DNA of 63,645 nucleotides, counting the filler, from Kipferlia bialata (Eukaryota), in assembly GCA_003568945.1 (NCBI GenBank). It is 6 parts of 6 records of this genome, joined end to end, with 100 filler letters (N's around TTAATTAATTAA, not from the genome) between each part and the next. Parts side by side here need not be neighbours in the genome. Positions count along the whole stretch, not along the records: positions 41,529 to 55,259 come from BDIP01000908.1; positions 55,360 to 58,084 come from BDIP01000948.1; 4 more parts are not named here. One strand, written 5' to 3'. This document shows, in pieces, positions 41,811 to 55,443 of the stretch. Under the pieces are notes generated by a model. The model made no database searches, was not told the DNA's origin, and saw nothing but the letters and a program-made list of their open reading frames with translations. A program made the translations under genes and the position numbers. The stretch's first letter is position 1, and each line of letters starts with the position of its first letter.

Positions 41811-44800
41811 CTATGTATCAATGTATCCCTTACCCCCCAGGCAAGCACGTGCTGGCCTACTCCCCCTCCGGCCGACCCCTGGGCAGAATGTCGTTCAGCC
41901 GGTACAAGGACCAGACCACACTCACAAGGTATTCCTATGCTATATATTTATACATGTATAAATATATCATATTGTTATGTCACTCCTCCCCCAGGGATAC
42001 TCACTCTGACCGTTGTATATATTCATTGTATATGTATTATGCGTGTATATATCTTCTTACTCCTAGGGCTGCCCACTCTGGAGATGGAGAGCTAGTGGTG
42101 TTCTGCTCCAACAACGTGGTCAGAGTGCTCACCAGAGACACACAGGTTTATTTTCTTACACACACATATATATATATATATGAGTTCTGTACCCCTCAGT
42201 GTCTGCACCCTCCCTTCACTCATTGTGTTCAACCCTTTCGATATATACTAGTACACTTGTATATATGAGTATATACCCCCCCCCCCCTCACCCCAGGGCC
42301 ACTGGGAGGCTGCCCCCGAGCCAGCTGCTGAGATCCCCCTTGACAATGGCAACCAGAGCGTGGTGGCATGTGCCATCAACCCACTGGGGAGCAGGTACAT
42401 ACACACACATATATATGGGTGTGTGTGTGTGTGTTCCTCGGTATCATCATCCCCCTCACCCTCAGGATATCCGTGGGCTCTGCCTATGGTGCCATTGACA
42501 TGCTGGGTGTATATATACTACATATATACTACATATATTATATATATGCACTATACATATCTCACTCACTCTAGGATAGCTGTTGGCTCTGCCTATGGTG
42601 CCATTGACATGCTGGGGGTGTGTCTGTCCAAGTACATCCTCAACGGCACACACGAGGTCACACAGCTCAGCAGGTACAGGCTCTCTCTCTCTCTCTCTCT
42701 CTCTCCATATTTATATATACCTCTCTCACTATAGATCTGTGATGACCGTGCGTGAGATCCCCGACGCCTTCTCCGAGGGCAGGAAGGGAGACACGGACAG
42801 GGTGTACAAGGCAAAGATACCCCAGACAGGGGGGGGGATACTCTCAGTCTCCAAAGTCAGGTGTGTGGATATGTATATATATATACCTATATATATCCAT
42901 ATCCTTTCTTTGTTACCCGTTACCCCTCAGGGTGCTGCAGAACAAGCTGGTTGTATTTACGCACATATATGTAGCTGGTTGTATATATATATATATATAT
43001 GTATGTATGTGTGTGTAAGTGTACCCCTTACCCTTGATATTGACCCCTCAGGGTGCTGCAGAACAAGCTAGTAGTGATCCAGACCCCCCAGTGCCTGGTA
43101 CTGGGTGACATGGACACTCAGGTATGAGGGAGAAGAATTTTTCGTGTGTACGAAATTCTTCCTATCATGCTCTTTCTCTCTCTCTCTCTCTCTGTCCCTG
43201 ACTCCCAGGGCACCTCTATCCCCCCCCCCCTCTAGATAGATAGTATTATGTATATACTTAAACATATATAATATCTCTCTCATCTGCTTACCCCAGGGCA
43301 CCTCTGTCATCCCCCTCTCTGGCGACAGAGTGCCCAGGGTGGTGTATGACATGGCCAATGACGTGGTCATGCTTGTGCAGGCAGGAGAGGCAAAGGTGGG
43401 TATATATGTGTGTGTGGATTAGTATATACATTTGGAGAGAGAGAGAGAAGGGGGGGGGGGGGTAGTGCTTGTGCAGGCAGGAGATCCCAAGGTGTGTGCC
43501 CATATGTATCTATATATACACAGTGTCTCTCTCTCCCCCCCCCCTCACTGTAGATTGTGCATGTTGGCCAGGCTGACCCCATCGGCACAGTCAGGGTCCT
43601 GTCTACTAGGTAGGGAAACGGAAGCTACTATATGTCTCTATTCTAATGTACATTTCCACTCACCCGCCAGAGCCTCTCTCCTCTCTGTGCACATTGTCCC
43701 CCTATATAGTTCTCTCTCTCTCCACCTCTATACTTATCTCCAGGGCCTCCTTACTGTCTGTGCACATTGTCCCCCCCGAGACCCAGGAGGAGGCAGATGC
43801 AGGGGAGGGGGAGGGTGCACTGGTGGGGCACCTGGCAGACAGCCCCATGCACATTGCAGTCACATCAACTAGGTACAGTGTGTATATACTCTAATATATA
43901 TACTCATATACATATATACTGTATGTACCTGGCAGACAGCCCCATGCATCTGATTTGTATAATGATGTATGTCTACCCCCAGGCACCGATGTTCTTGTCT
44001 GGTACAGCCCAGGTGGAGAGGAGCCCCCCGAGAGGATAGACGGACAGGGCATGACACTCACAGACATCGAGACTGAGGGTATGTGCATATATGATACATA
44101 CCTATAGTGTATGATAGTATATATGCATTAATAGGTATATGGCAGGGCATGACGCTCACAGACATCGAGACAGAGGGTATGTGCATATATGATATATACC
44201 TATAGTGTATGATAGTATCTATACGTGTATATGTATTACGGTATATGGCTGGACATGACGCTCACAGACATCGAGACAGAGGGTATGTGCATATATGATA
44301 CATACCTATAGTGTATGATGGTATCTATGTATGTGTGTAGGTATATGACTGGACATGACGCTCACAGACATCAAGACAGAGGGTAGGGAGTGTGTGTTTA
44401 GAATGTACATTACCTCAATATCAATGGTCTTCGTCCCCTTTCCCTTCCTCACCCCCAGGCTCCGATGTGCACATTGTCATGGAGAACCCAGACACAGGTG
44501 AGTATATTATGCAGTGGATAATTACATTAGTGCCTACCTGCAATGTATATATGGTCGGATGTATTCATATGTGCATTGTCATGGAGAACCCAGATACAGG
44601 TGAGTATATGAGTATACTATATACTAATGTATATACATTTGTTCCTACTGTGTATATACACTGGGTGTTATGTGCACATTGTTATGGAGAACCCAGACAC
44701 AGGTGGGGATGGATATCAGTATTATATATATATATATTATAATATATATTACATTATATATAGGTAGGATGTGCACATTGTCATGGAGAACCCAGACACA

Positions 44801-46464
44801 GGTATGTGTGTTTTTATATATATACTATATATCTTGCATGTCTCCTTTATACTCACCCCAGGTGCCATCCAGCGTGTCCCCCTCAACGCCATGCTGAAAT
44901 ACATACTGTGTACCTACCATATATATATATATATATATATATGTATATTCATAGTATATACTATGTGTTATACACTTACCCCAGGTGCCATCCAGCGTGT
45001 CCCCCTCAACGCCATGCTGATATACATACAGTGTACCTACCATTTATATATATATTCATATATATACATTGAATACCTCATATGTTACACTAACTCCAGG
45101 TGCCATCCAGCGTGTCCCCCTTAATGCCATGCTCATCTCCCTCACAGCCGCCCTCGAGGAGGGCGACTTCAGCACGTCAGGTGGGTATATACCGGGATAT
45201 ATTTATGTATGTATTACCTCTCTCCCCCTGCCTGACCCCCAGTGTCTGTCCTCGATCGTTCCCTGGCCGACTCCTCGCCCTCCTCCCCCTCTGCCACCTC
45301 CTACCATGCCCTGTGGGCCAAGGTTCTGGACGCAGCACTGAGACAGGTATGTATGTATATACATACATTGTATGTAGTATAGTACAGTATATATCCCAAT
45401 ACCCCTTACCCCCAGGGCGCCTTCTCCCATGCCGCCCGTGCTGCAGCTGGTCTTGGCAATGTGCCCCTAGCCAGGCTCCTCAGGCACCTCGACACAGAGC
45501 ACAACAGAGTGAATGGGATACCAGCTGGGACAGGGTACACGGACACAGCAGGTGGAGATATATGTATATATATATACATTATACACTCACCCCAGACGCC
45601 CTCTCAGGCTATGCCGAGCTTGTCCTGGGTGGCATTGCTGCCTCTGAGCCTGTCTTCATCAGGGCGGGGAAGGCAGGGGACCTCATCAACATATACAAGG
45701 TACCAAGATGCATTCGCTTCTGTATATAACCTTCTAGCTGCACCACTATGCCGATGCCTCTATATATATATATATATATCTATATATCTACGTTGTGTAT
45801 ACATGTCTATCTATACACCCCCTAACACTTCAGGAGCTGCACCGCTATGCCGATGCATCCAGGCTGGCCAGGGCCACGAACCAGGTGGGATAGATGCACA
45901 CTCTATATGTCACTATATGTCACAGTGTATAAATTGATACACACTAACCCCAGGCCCCCGATGTGGTCAAGGCCCTGGACCAGGAGGGATACGACCACCT
46001 GATAGCCAGGTACAGACACATATACATGTATATATCCAATATGTATTTATGATATACAACCAATCATACTCTCTCCTAGGTGAGTACCTCTCCCTGACCC
46101 CCCAGCAACCAGCTGTCCAAGGCTGCCAGGCATTGTGTCAGTCAGGGACAGTATCCAGAGGCACTGGACCTGTTCCTCAGAGATAGGTACATGTATATCT
46201 ATATATATATATATATATCTCACACACACCCCCTTACCTCTAGGGCCTATGGCAGTGCCGCGGCCCTTGTCAAGGCCAGGCCCAACGCCTCATACGCACA
46301 GGCAGCAGTGGATGCGGTGGTGGATGGCCTCAGGGCAGCAGGTGTGTGTGTGTGTATATTATACGGTATATAAGTGTTAGTATATGCGTATGGAGTGTAT
46401 ATAGGCAGCAGTGGACGCAGTGGTGGATGGCCTCAGGGCAGCAGGCAATATTATGGATATACTG

Positions 46465-46495
<31 letters not shown>

Positions 46496-49400
46496 ATGTA
46501 TTTGTGCAGTGCCCTCACCCCAGGCCGTTCCAAGCAGTGTGGCCAGCTGTACGAGAGGAGGGGTGAGAACAGGCAGGCCCTGACGGCATACCTAGACGCC
46601 AACGCATACTCCCTCGCCACACGTCTCGCTAGGTATATATAGTGTATATTGAGTGAGTACTGCTTTGTGACCTCTAACCCCTCCAGGCAGCACTTCCCAG
46701 CTGAGATGCTGTCCCTGGAGAGACAGTGGGGCATGCACCTCATGCAGTCCGGGGACCCAGCCGGTGCCCTGCCCCACCTCATAGAGGCCGGGGAGAGGGG
46801 GCTCAGTGTGGAGGCAGCAGTCGAAGCAGGTATTGTATGGCGTATATATACCACCATATGTATGTCTGTACCTCTCTATCCCTCTCTCTTCTCACCCCCA
46901 GAGGACTGGGTTGCCTGCAAGAGACTGGCAGAGGGACAGACACAGGTATGAAGAGATACATACACACACATATATGTATACTCTTATCTTTGACTGCACA
47001 GACTCAGGTGGGTGTACACAATAGAGAAGTGATACAAATACAATTGGACGTACCTCACCCCAGACCGAGGTGCGTGACACTGCTCTGCGCATTGGCGACA
47101 GGCTGTTTGACATCCACTCCTCATACGGGGCAGCCCTGGAGTGGTATGACAGAGGTAGGGAGTGGAACACCTTAGTGTGTATGAAAATATATATAGTAAG
47201 TCCCTTCTCTCTGACCCCTATGTATATGGTTGTATGTATGTTATTTGTATATTCTGCCTAACCCCCAGGTGGCCACCACGAGAAGGCTGTGTCCTGTCTG
47301 GTCAAGATGCACGACCTGCAGGGTGCTGCAAGGGTGGCTAGTCAGCACATGAAGGTATATTTGTATAGTGGTGTATATAGATACTGTGTGTATGTGCCAT
47401 TGCCTCTTCCTGACCCCAGGGCAAGGTGGAGCACCTTCATCTGTCTCCCCCTCTCTATATATACTATATATATTAATGTCAATATATGTGTCTCTTCCTG
47501 ACCCCCAGGGCAAGGTGCTGCGCCAGGCCCTGGACAGAGTGAGTGGGGGACTGGGCCTGGAGGACAGGGTCACACTACTGGCAGAGGTATCACTATAAGA
47601 AACTCATTCTACTCATACCCCCCCCCCCCTCTACCTTCCCTCCCCTCACTCCCAGTCCGGCCTAGTTGATGATGCCATCACTGCAGCTGAGCAGGCACAG
47701 AACTGGAACATTGTGCTGACACTCGGTACGCGATATATGTACATGTATATATATATGTATTCAGTACACGTTGCATACCGCCACTCTTTCTCTTACACAC
47801 ATTAGATCTTGCATATATATGTATGTGTGTGTGTATATACCTAACCCCCCCAGTCAAGGAGCACCGCCCCACCAGGGTCAAGCCTGTGTACAGGAAGATT
47901 GCATCCATGAAGAGAGAGAGCGGAGACATACAGGGTGGGTGTTACTATTCCTCTCTCTCTCTCTCTCTCTAATACTATTCTAATACATAGATACCGAGCG
48001 CACCCTTGTACTATCTCTCTCTTTGTGTGTGTGTCTCTCTCTCTCTACTAATCTCTTATACACAGGTGCCGAGCGTGCCCTTGTCCTGGCCGGTGAGTGG
48101 CAGGATGCCCTGGAGATGCTGCTGGAGAAGGGCATGTACGAGGCAGCCCTGCGCATCGCNNNNNNNNNNNNNNNNNNNNNNNNNNNNNNNNNNNNNNNNN
48201 NNNNNNNNNNNNNNNNNNNNNNNNNNNNNNNNNNNNNNNNNNNNNNNNNNNNNNNNNNNNNNNNNNNNNNNNNNNNNNNNNNNNNNNNNNNNNNNNNNNN
48301 NNNNNNNNNNNNNNNNNNNNNNNNNNNNNNNNNNNNNNNNNNNNNNNNNNNNNNNNNNNNNNNNNNNNNNNNNNNNNNNNNNNNNNNNNNNNNNNNNNNN
48401 NNNNNNNNNNNNNNNNNNNNNNNNNNNNNNNNNNNNNNNNNNNNNNNNNNNNNNNNNNNNNNNNNNNNNNNNNNNNNNNNNNNNNNNNNNNNNNNNNNNN
48501 NNNNNNNNNNNNNNNNNNNNNNNNNNNNNNNNNNNNNNNNNNNNNNNNNNNNNNNNNNNNNNNNNNNNNNNNNNNNNNNNNNNNNNNNNNNNNNNNNNNN
48601 NNNNNNNNNNNNNNNNNNNNNNNNNNNNNNNNNNNNNNNNNNNNNNNNNNNNNNNNNNNNNNNNNNNNNNNNNNNNNNNNNNNNNNNNNNNNNNNNNNNN
48701 NNNNNNNNNNNNNNNNNNNNNNNNNNNNNNNNNNNNNNNNNNNNNNNNNNNNNNNNNNNNNNNNNNNNNNNNNNNNNNNNNNNNNNNNNNNNNNNNNNNN
48801 NNNNNNNNNNNNNNNNNNNNNNNNNNNNNNNNNNNNNNNNNNNNNNNNNNNNNNNNNNNNNNNNNNNNNNNNNNNNNNNNNNNNNNNNNNNNNNNNNNNN
48901 NNNNNNNNNNNNNNNNNNNNNNNNNNNNNNNNNNNNNNNNNNNNNNNNNNNNNNNNNNNNNNNNNNNNNNNNNNNNNNNNNNNNNNNNNNNNNNNNNNNN
49001 NNNNNNNNNNNNNNNNNNNNNNNNNNNNNNNNNNNNNNNNNNNNNNNNNNNNNNNNNNNNNNNNNNNNNNNNNNNNNNNNNNNNNNNNNNNNNNNNNNNN
49101 NNNNNNNNNNNNNNNNNNNNNNNNNNNNNNNACACGGCCTCATTGACAGGTGTGTGTGTGTATGTATACTGGTATATATATATATAAAAATATGTATATT
49201 AGAGAGGGAGGGCCCGTCCTGGCCAGACATGGCCTCATTGACAGGTGTGTGTGATAATACATATGTATATCTGAGTGAGTGTGTACATATATATATATAT
49301 ATTTATACCCTTCCCCCCCCTCACCCCCAGTGCCGTCGATGCTGCCCTGGAGGGCCAGGCCTTTGAGAGGGCACTGTCCCTGGCAGAGCACACACAGGTA

Positions 49401-50603
49401 GAGTCTATATAGTGTATGCACATGATTATGGATCTACTCACCCCAGAATCCCCGTGAGACCCGTAAGCGTGTGCACCTGGAGAGGGGTGCCCAGCTCAGA
49501 GCAGCAGGGCACCTCAAGGATGCCGAGGAGGCCTATGTGTCGTGTGGTCTGTTGGAGGAGGCACTCGAGATGTACCTGGACGAGGCTACACCAGGTGCTG
49601 TGTCTATACACAATCTCTCTTGATGTATATGCTATTTCCCCTAACCCCCAAACATTGGGGGGGTGGGGGGGGGGCTCAGGATAAGTCTCTGTCTCTCTGT
49701 GTGTGTCTTTTCATACACCTCTCACCCCCAGACATTGAGCAGGCCCTGCGCATAGCTGGCAAGATGGGCACAGATGCAGTGAGGAGGGTGCAGGTGGAGA
49801 AGGGCAGGATGCTGGTCGCCCAAGGTATATATACACACACACACATATATATATATAGGTGTATCTATGCATGTATATACAGATGCAGTGAGGAGGGTGC
49901 AGGTGGAGAAGGGCAGGATGCTGGTGGCACAGGGTGAGTCTAGTAGTTAGTATAAGTATATGTATACATATATACAGGTATGGACAGGTCGAGAAGGGCA
50001 GGATGCTGGTGGCACAGGGTGGGTATAGTGTTGTATATAAGTATATATATATATATATATACACAGGTATGGACAGGTCGAGTAGGGCAGGATGCTGGTG
50101 GCACAGGGTGGGTATATATATACTATAATGTATATATACTACATATGTATTATGTGCTTCTACTCCTCTCACCCCCCAGGTGACCTCGAGGGTGCCGAGA
50201 CTGCCCTGGTAGGGGCAGGACACGCCACAGAGAGTGTGCAGGCATACAAGGAGCAGGGTACGGATATATGTATACTATATAGTCAGTATATAATACCCCC
50301 TCTTGTAGTATGTAGTATATAGTATCCCCCCCCCCACCCCCACCCCAGGCCTGTGGATGGAGGCCCTCAGAGTGGCCAAGGCACACACAGGGCCAGACCT
50401 CGTTAGGTATGGGTATATATAGGTGTGTGTGTGTGTGTATCTATGCTACATATCTGACCCAGGCGCCTTGGTGAGGAGTATGCCTCTCTCCAGGTAGCCA
50501 ACGAGCAGGGCGAGGGAGACAGGGAGAGGGAGAGAGAGGAGAGGGAGAGGGAGAGATCCCCCAAGGGTGACGCCGGGGACCTTCTGGCCAAGGTATCTAC
50601 TAT

Positions 50604-50645
<42 letters not shown>

Positions 50646-52090
50646 CTACATCCTTATCCCTAGGCCTCTCTCCTTGCCGAGTCCATGAACTGGCCTGCTG
50701 CTGTTGATGCCTATCTATCCATCAGGGCACAGGATGTATCAGACACAGACAGTCTGCAGCTGGCATGGGAGACAGGTGTGTGGGTATGAATATGAGTATG
50801 AGACATGTACCTATCTTATTACCCTCTGACCGCCAGGTGGCCGTCTTGCCATGGAGAGACTCCCCCCTGCCCAGGCCAGAACGGCCATCCTCAGGGCATC
50901 ACGGGCACTCGCAGAGATAGGTACATGCATAGTATGTATATGTATATATATGTGTACACGGTATAGTATGTATATAGTTGGTAGGACGGCAATCCTCAGG
51001 GCATCACGGGCACTGGCTGAGATAGGTATAGCGCATAGTAAATAGTACATTCCATATAGATATGTGAATCTATATAGGTATCTTACCCCAGACCGTGCCG
51101 AGAGTGGTGCCGAGGTGTGCCTGTCTGCTGGTCTACCCAGAGAGGCAGTCACACTGTATCTGCAGGTAATATATTGTACATATACACATACAGTCACTTT
51201 GTGATTCTTCCCCATATACTGACCCTCTAGGCTGATATGGCCGATGCCGCCGAGAGGGTTGTGACCCAGTCCCAACTAGGGGAGGCAGAGGCAGAAAGGG
51301 TCAGGGCACACAGGACGCAGGTATAGATATGTATATATTTGCTGGTATATACACATTACTATACCCCTTGCTTACCCCCCAGGGTTACCTTGATGACCGT
51401 GATGCTGACTCTCTCCTCCTGTCTGGCAACCCGGAGCAGGCACTGAGGCTATTGGCAGATAGGTGTGTAGATACATAGTGTATATACATTGTAGTGAGTA
51501 TTGAAACTCATAGCCGCTATACCGGTCTCTAACACCCAGGGGTGACTACGAGCGGGGCATTGAGCTTGCTAGCAAGGCAGCCCCCGCCCTCATCGCTCCA
51601 TACCTCCTGGGTGAGTACATTTAGAGTGGAATTAACTCTATGTCTTTACTAGTTACTTATGCGTGTATATTATAGATGTATTGTTCTTGTTGTATACGCC
51701 CCATACCTCCTGGGTGAGTGGGACACATACCCGTACACTACGGCCAAGTGTGTATTGTATGTGGCATATCCCGTCTCCTTACCCCCCAGCCTATGCCGAG
51801 CACCTGTCTGTCAGGATGAATGAGCCCCAGACCGCCATACAGATACTCGCACAGGTACAGTGTGTGTAGTGAGTATCGGTGTCTGTACATCTTCCGTGAG
51901 TGTGAATGGTTATAGTATGTATCAATCCCTACTCACCCCAGGGCCACCTGACCTATGCCCCTGGCCCTGTCTCCCTCAGGTCCATTGATGACGCAGAGGT
52001 GGTGCACACAATATCTGACGCTGTCTTGGGAAGGTACGCGCAAACACTTTGTTCTCTCTCCTTCTCTCTCCTTCTCTCTCTGAGTATATG

Positions 52091-52135
<45 letters not shown>

Positions 52136-53573
52136 TTACCTACGTATAACCCCAGGTACATCTCCGAGGAGGAGTGGGCCGAGACTGTGGTGCCCGAGGA
52201 GCAGAGGCGGCTGGGTGCCTTCTCACAGCTCAAGCAGGTCCTGACTGGGTACAGGTACATATACACATACATATACATACCCACCCTTTATGTGTTCTGC
52301 ATATTCTCTCCCTCACCATCTAGTGCCTCCCTCGCCCTCACTGGTGCCGAGGCCCCTGCCTGGCTAGACAGGCACACATGGGCTGCACACCTAGTCACCC
52401 AGACAGCTGTGCTCTCTGTCTCAGGGTTCGATGCCCTCTACGCCAAGGCAGCTGCCTGTGCTTGCATGTACAGCGACATCCTGCCTGCTGACAGGGTGTT
52501 TGCACTCGCTGGACAGGTATTTGTTAGTACTCGCAAGCTGTATATATCGGTCTCCCATCCCTTCAGTATCAGTATCACTTCTCTCCCCCTCACCCCTATG
52601 CCATGAGTGCCTGTGTATGTAACATCAGTATTTAATATATACTATATATACTCTCTGTATACTCACCCTTTAGGCCATGAGTGCCTGCGAGGCCCCAGGG
52701 GCATTCCTGTTCCTGAACAGGTAGGGAGGCAGTCTATACTCTAGTATACATGTTCATTCCCACCCTCAGGACCATTGACCTAGCTGAGGCTGAATATATA
52801 GTTCTCTTCTCTCTCTCTCTCTCTCTTTCTGTATATACACTAATCCCAGAGCCATTGACCTAGCTGAGGCTGTGTATATAGATGTGTATATATATATATA
52901 TTCTCTCTTTCTCTTGATATATACTCTTACCCCCAGGGCCATTGACCTAGCCGAGGCTGTGCAGGAGGGCAGCACCGACTCATCCTCTCTGGATGCATAC
53001 GACTTCGAGGGGTCGGGTCTGCCACTGAGTGTCAGACTGCCCGCAGAGGGTAAGTGCACTGTATACTCCACCATACTATATACATATATGGTATAGTAAC
53101 CCACCCTAACCCCAGCCTACCTGTGCGAGGACTCCCTGGAGGACATCAGGAGTGAGGTGCTGACCATCTCCATGGCAGCTGGGGACGATGCCGCTCTGCC
53201 CACCAGGACATGCCCTGGGTGTCAGGTGCTCTTTCTCTCTCCCTCTCTTTCTCTCTCTCTACTTCTCTTTCTTTCTCTCTCTGTCTCTCTCTCACCCCCT
53301 AGGGCATGATGTGGGAGGGCTGCTTCGAGTGTGACAGGTGTGGTGCCAAGGAGAAGCAGTGTGTGGTCACCGGCTACCCCAACTGTGATGTCAATGAGAT
53401 GTGCAGGAGCTGCAAGAACGGCGCCAACTACAGGGTGGGTGGCATTCTTCCTCTCTCTCTCTCTCTCCCTATGTTCATTAGTATTTCCCTCTCTCTACCC
53501 TCACCCCCAGGCCTGGCAGGATGTGGTGTCCCACACATGCCCCTTCTGTGGGGAGCTGGCTGGGTACAACTAG
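41596..53573 (+). CDS. IFT172: Intraflagellar transport protein 172 (WD40 + TPR/alpha-solenoid + C-terminal Cys-rich domain), dozens of exons, 5' truncated, internal gap
   Basis: WD-like N-part (IAVGSAYGAIDML, VVIQTPQCLVLGD, RASLLSVHI), solenoid (LINIYKELHRYADA, ERQWGMHL), and characteristic C-terminus YSDILPADRVFALAG, FLFLNRAIDLAEAVQEG, DIRSEVLTISM, CVVTGYP; stop TAG 53571-53573. Confidence 0.92.
44047..45137 (+). repeat. Three adjacent arrays of exon-junction echoes in IFT172 introns
   Basis: ATGACRCTCACAGACATCRAGACWGAGG|GT x4 (~100-bp period); GCACATTGTYATGGAGAACCCAGAYACAG|GT x4; CCAG|GTGCCATCCAGCGTGTCCCCCT x3. Confidence 0.95.
48160..49131. other. Assembly gap inside IFT172
   Basis: N run. 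Confidence 0.99.
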
Positions 53574-54117
53574 ACACATACGGTTGACGTGACCTAGTGG
53601 GACATGGTGTATACAATAGTAATAGACTAGAATCTTGGGTGGTGGTCGGAATGCATCGGTTCTTATGGACCAGAACCTCAATAGCTTTACTAAGTAAAGG
53701 CCTTACCTTCACTTCTATTTCAATTGTTACTATTGTTCACTACCTGAGCCACTCTACACAAATTGTGTAACACAATCTGAATCTTCGGACCTCACAATTC
53801 AAACTGTGATGGAATATTCTGAGTCAGAGATGATATCCTACAACTCGAAACGCATGTCAACCTCGAATATTTACTGATGCTCTCGTTTCGTTGTGACTCA
53901 GGGTTCAACTGTTAACGCGATACATTCCGTTTATTCGTTCTTTTCACAGCTAACTCTTGAATCAACAGTCTTTAGCCCCGGAGAGGCACAGAATTGAATT
54001 ACAGTATACAGTATACAGTGTATATAGAAACTCTATTCATTATCGTGCGTGGGGGGAAGGTGCATGATATTGAGGTGAGATATTGCTTCTTCAGAGAACC
54101 AGTCTCCCAACTTGGGA

Positions 54118-55259
54118 ATGTCAGTATCAAAGCAAGCCCTCACAGTGACTCCTTGCTCACTACCTTTTGCCCCTCTTCCATGCACATCGGAGCCTAACCC
54201 GTATTATGTTTGCCAAGTGCACTCTCTGGGATCTGGCGGGGTACTGGTTGTAGTTACACAAGCCGCAGGTGTGGAGTTTACAGATGTGCTGCTAGAGCTA
54301 GATGGACACTTCCCCGACAGCCACGTGGCCTGCACCCAGCTAGGGACCCTTGATATGGACAACGGCTATGCAGAAGTCGAAAGAGCCTGTCGTGGTTGGC
54401 AAGTCGTCCGCACAAGGTACTGTGTGACGGAACAATGGGAATTCAGTCTGAGCCAACTGGAATTGACCGACCTGTCAGATTCCAACTGTGTCCCTCAGAT
54501 TACACACCAACAATTTTCCCAGTACATTGGTCTTGATAGTGTTACTCTGCCACTCCCCGCTGACTTGGCTCTCCAAACACCAGTCAATATGGGGTTACCG
54601 GTGTCTTCTTGGCTAGAGGATCACTTAGTGTACATACCAACTGTGCCTCGGAGACTCCATGGCAGTGTAACCCGTACCCCTGGTGTATCCCTATACAACC
54701 CAGAGACCGGGGTGTGGACACAGGACAGTAGAGTGTGTCCAGTTATGGGGTACACTAATGGGAAGGTGGTTGAAAATGACATACTGCATGTGTTTGCAGA
54801 CACCGGTGGCCACACAAGGCACTGGGTGTACACAATACAGCATGGGTGGAGTGAGCGAGACTGTGTGCCTGACGCTGTGTCCAGGGTCTACTCTGCCCAG
54901 GTAGGTATTCCTAAGTAGATATAGAACAGATACCATCACAGATTATGCAGCAAGTCTCTTTCAGTACTATACCTCACACCAGAGTTACGGGCGGCTCATC
55001 CTTGTTGTGTGTGGGGCAGGTTTCTACTTACATGACCTAGTGAGTGGGGACTGGAGCAGGGTGAGAGATCCTCTGAGAAGAGATAATATCTTGAGTGTAC
55101 GCCTTATGGACAACACCACCCTCTGCTTTGATGAAGACACCCACACCGACCAAGTGGAGAGGGTAGATGGAACTGTGCAGCATGTGATACCTATTTGGCT
55201 GCTGACCCTAGACGAGTCACTGCTCTACCCTAGTACAGAGATGGGGTGGGGACGTATCC
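54118..55259 (+). CDS. Divergent Kelch-like beta-propeller family protein, 2 exons, 3' truncated
   Basis: ATG 54118, long exon to 54900, one intron. Motifs LYNPETGVWT, ILHVF, YTIQHGWS, LHDLVSGDWS and C-terminal LLYPSTEMGW. Confidence 0.7.
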
Positions 55260-55359
55260 NNNNNNNNNNNNNNNNNNNNNNNNNNNNNNNNNNNNNNNNN
55301 NNNTTAATTAATTAANNNNNNNNNNNNNNNNNNNNNNNNNNNNNNNNNNNNNNNNNNNN
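55260..55359. other. Artificial linker
   Basis: N-TTAATTAATTAA-N. Confidence 0.97.
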
Positions 55360-55363
55360 CCCC

Positions 55364-55396
<33 letters not shown>

Positions 55397-55443
55397 TTTT
55401 TTTTACACCCAAACCAATATGTCCATCTTCCCTCTGACCCCAG

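Noticed and set aside
6434..49366. Long ORFs through N runs and many YIYI/LSLS/CVCV ORFs in the track
   Set aside because: Artefacts of gaps and of (TA)n, (CT)n and (GT)n intron microsatellites.
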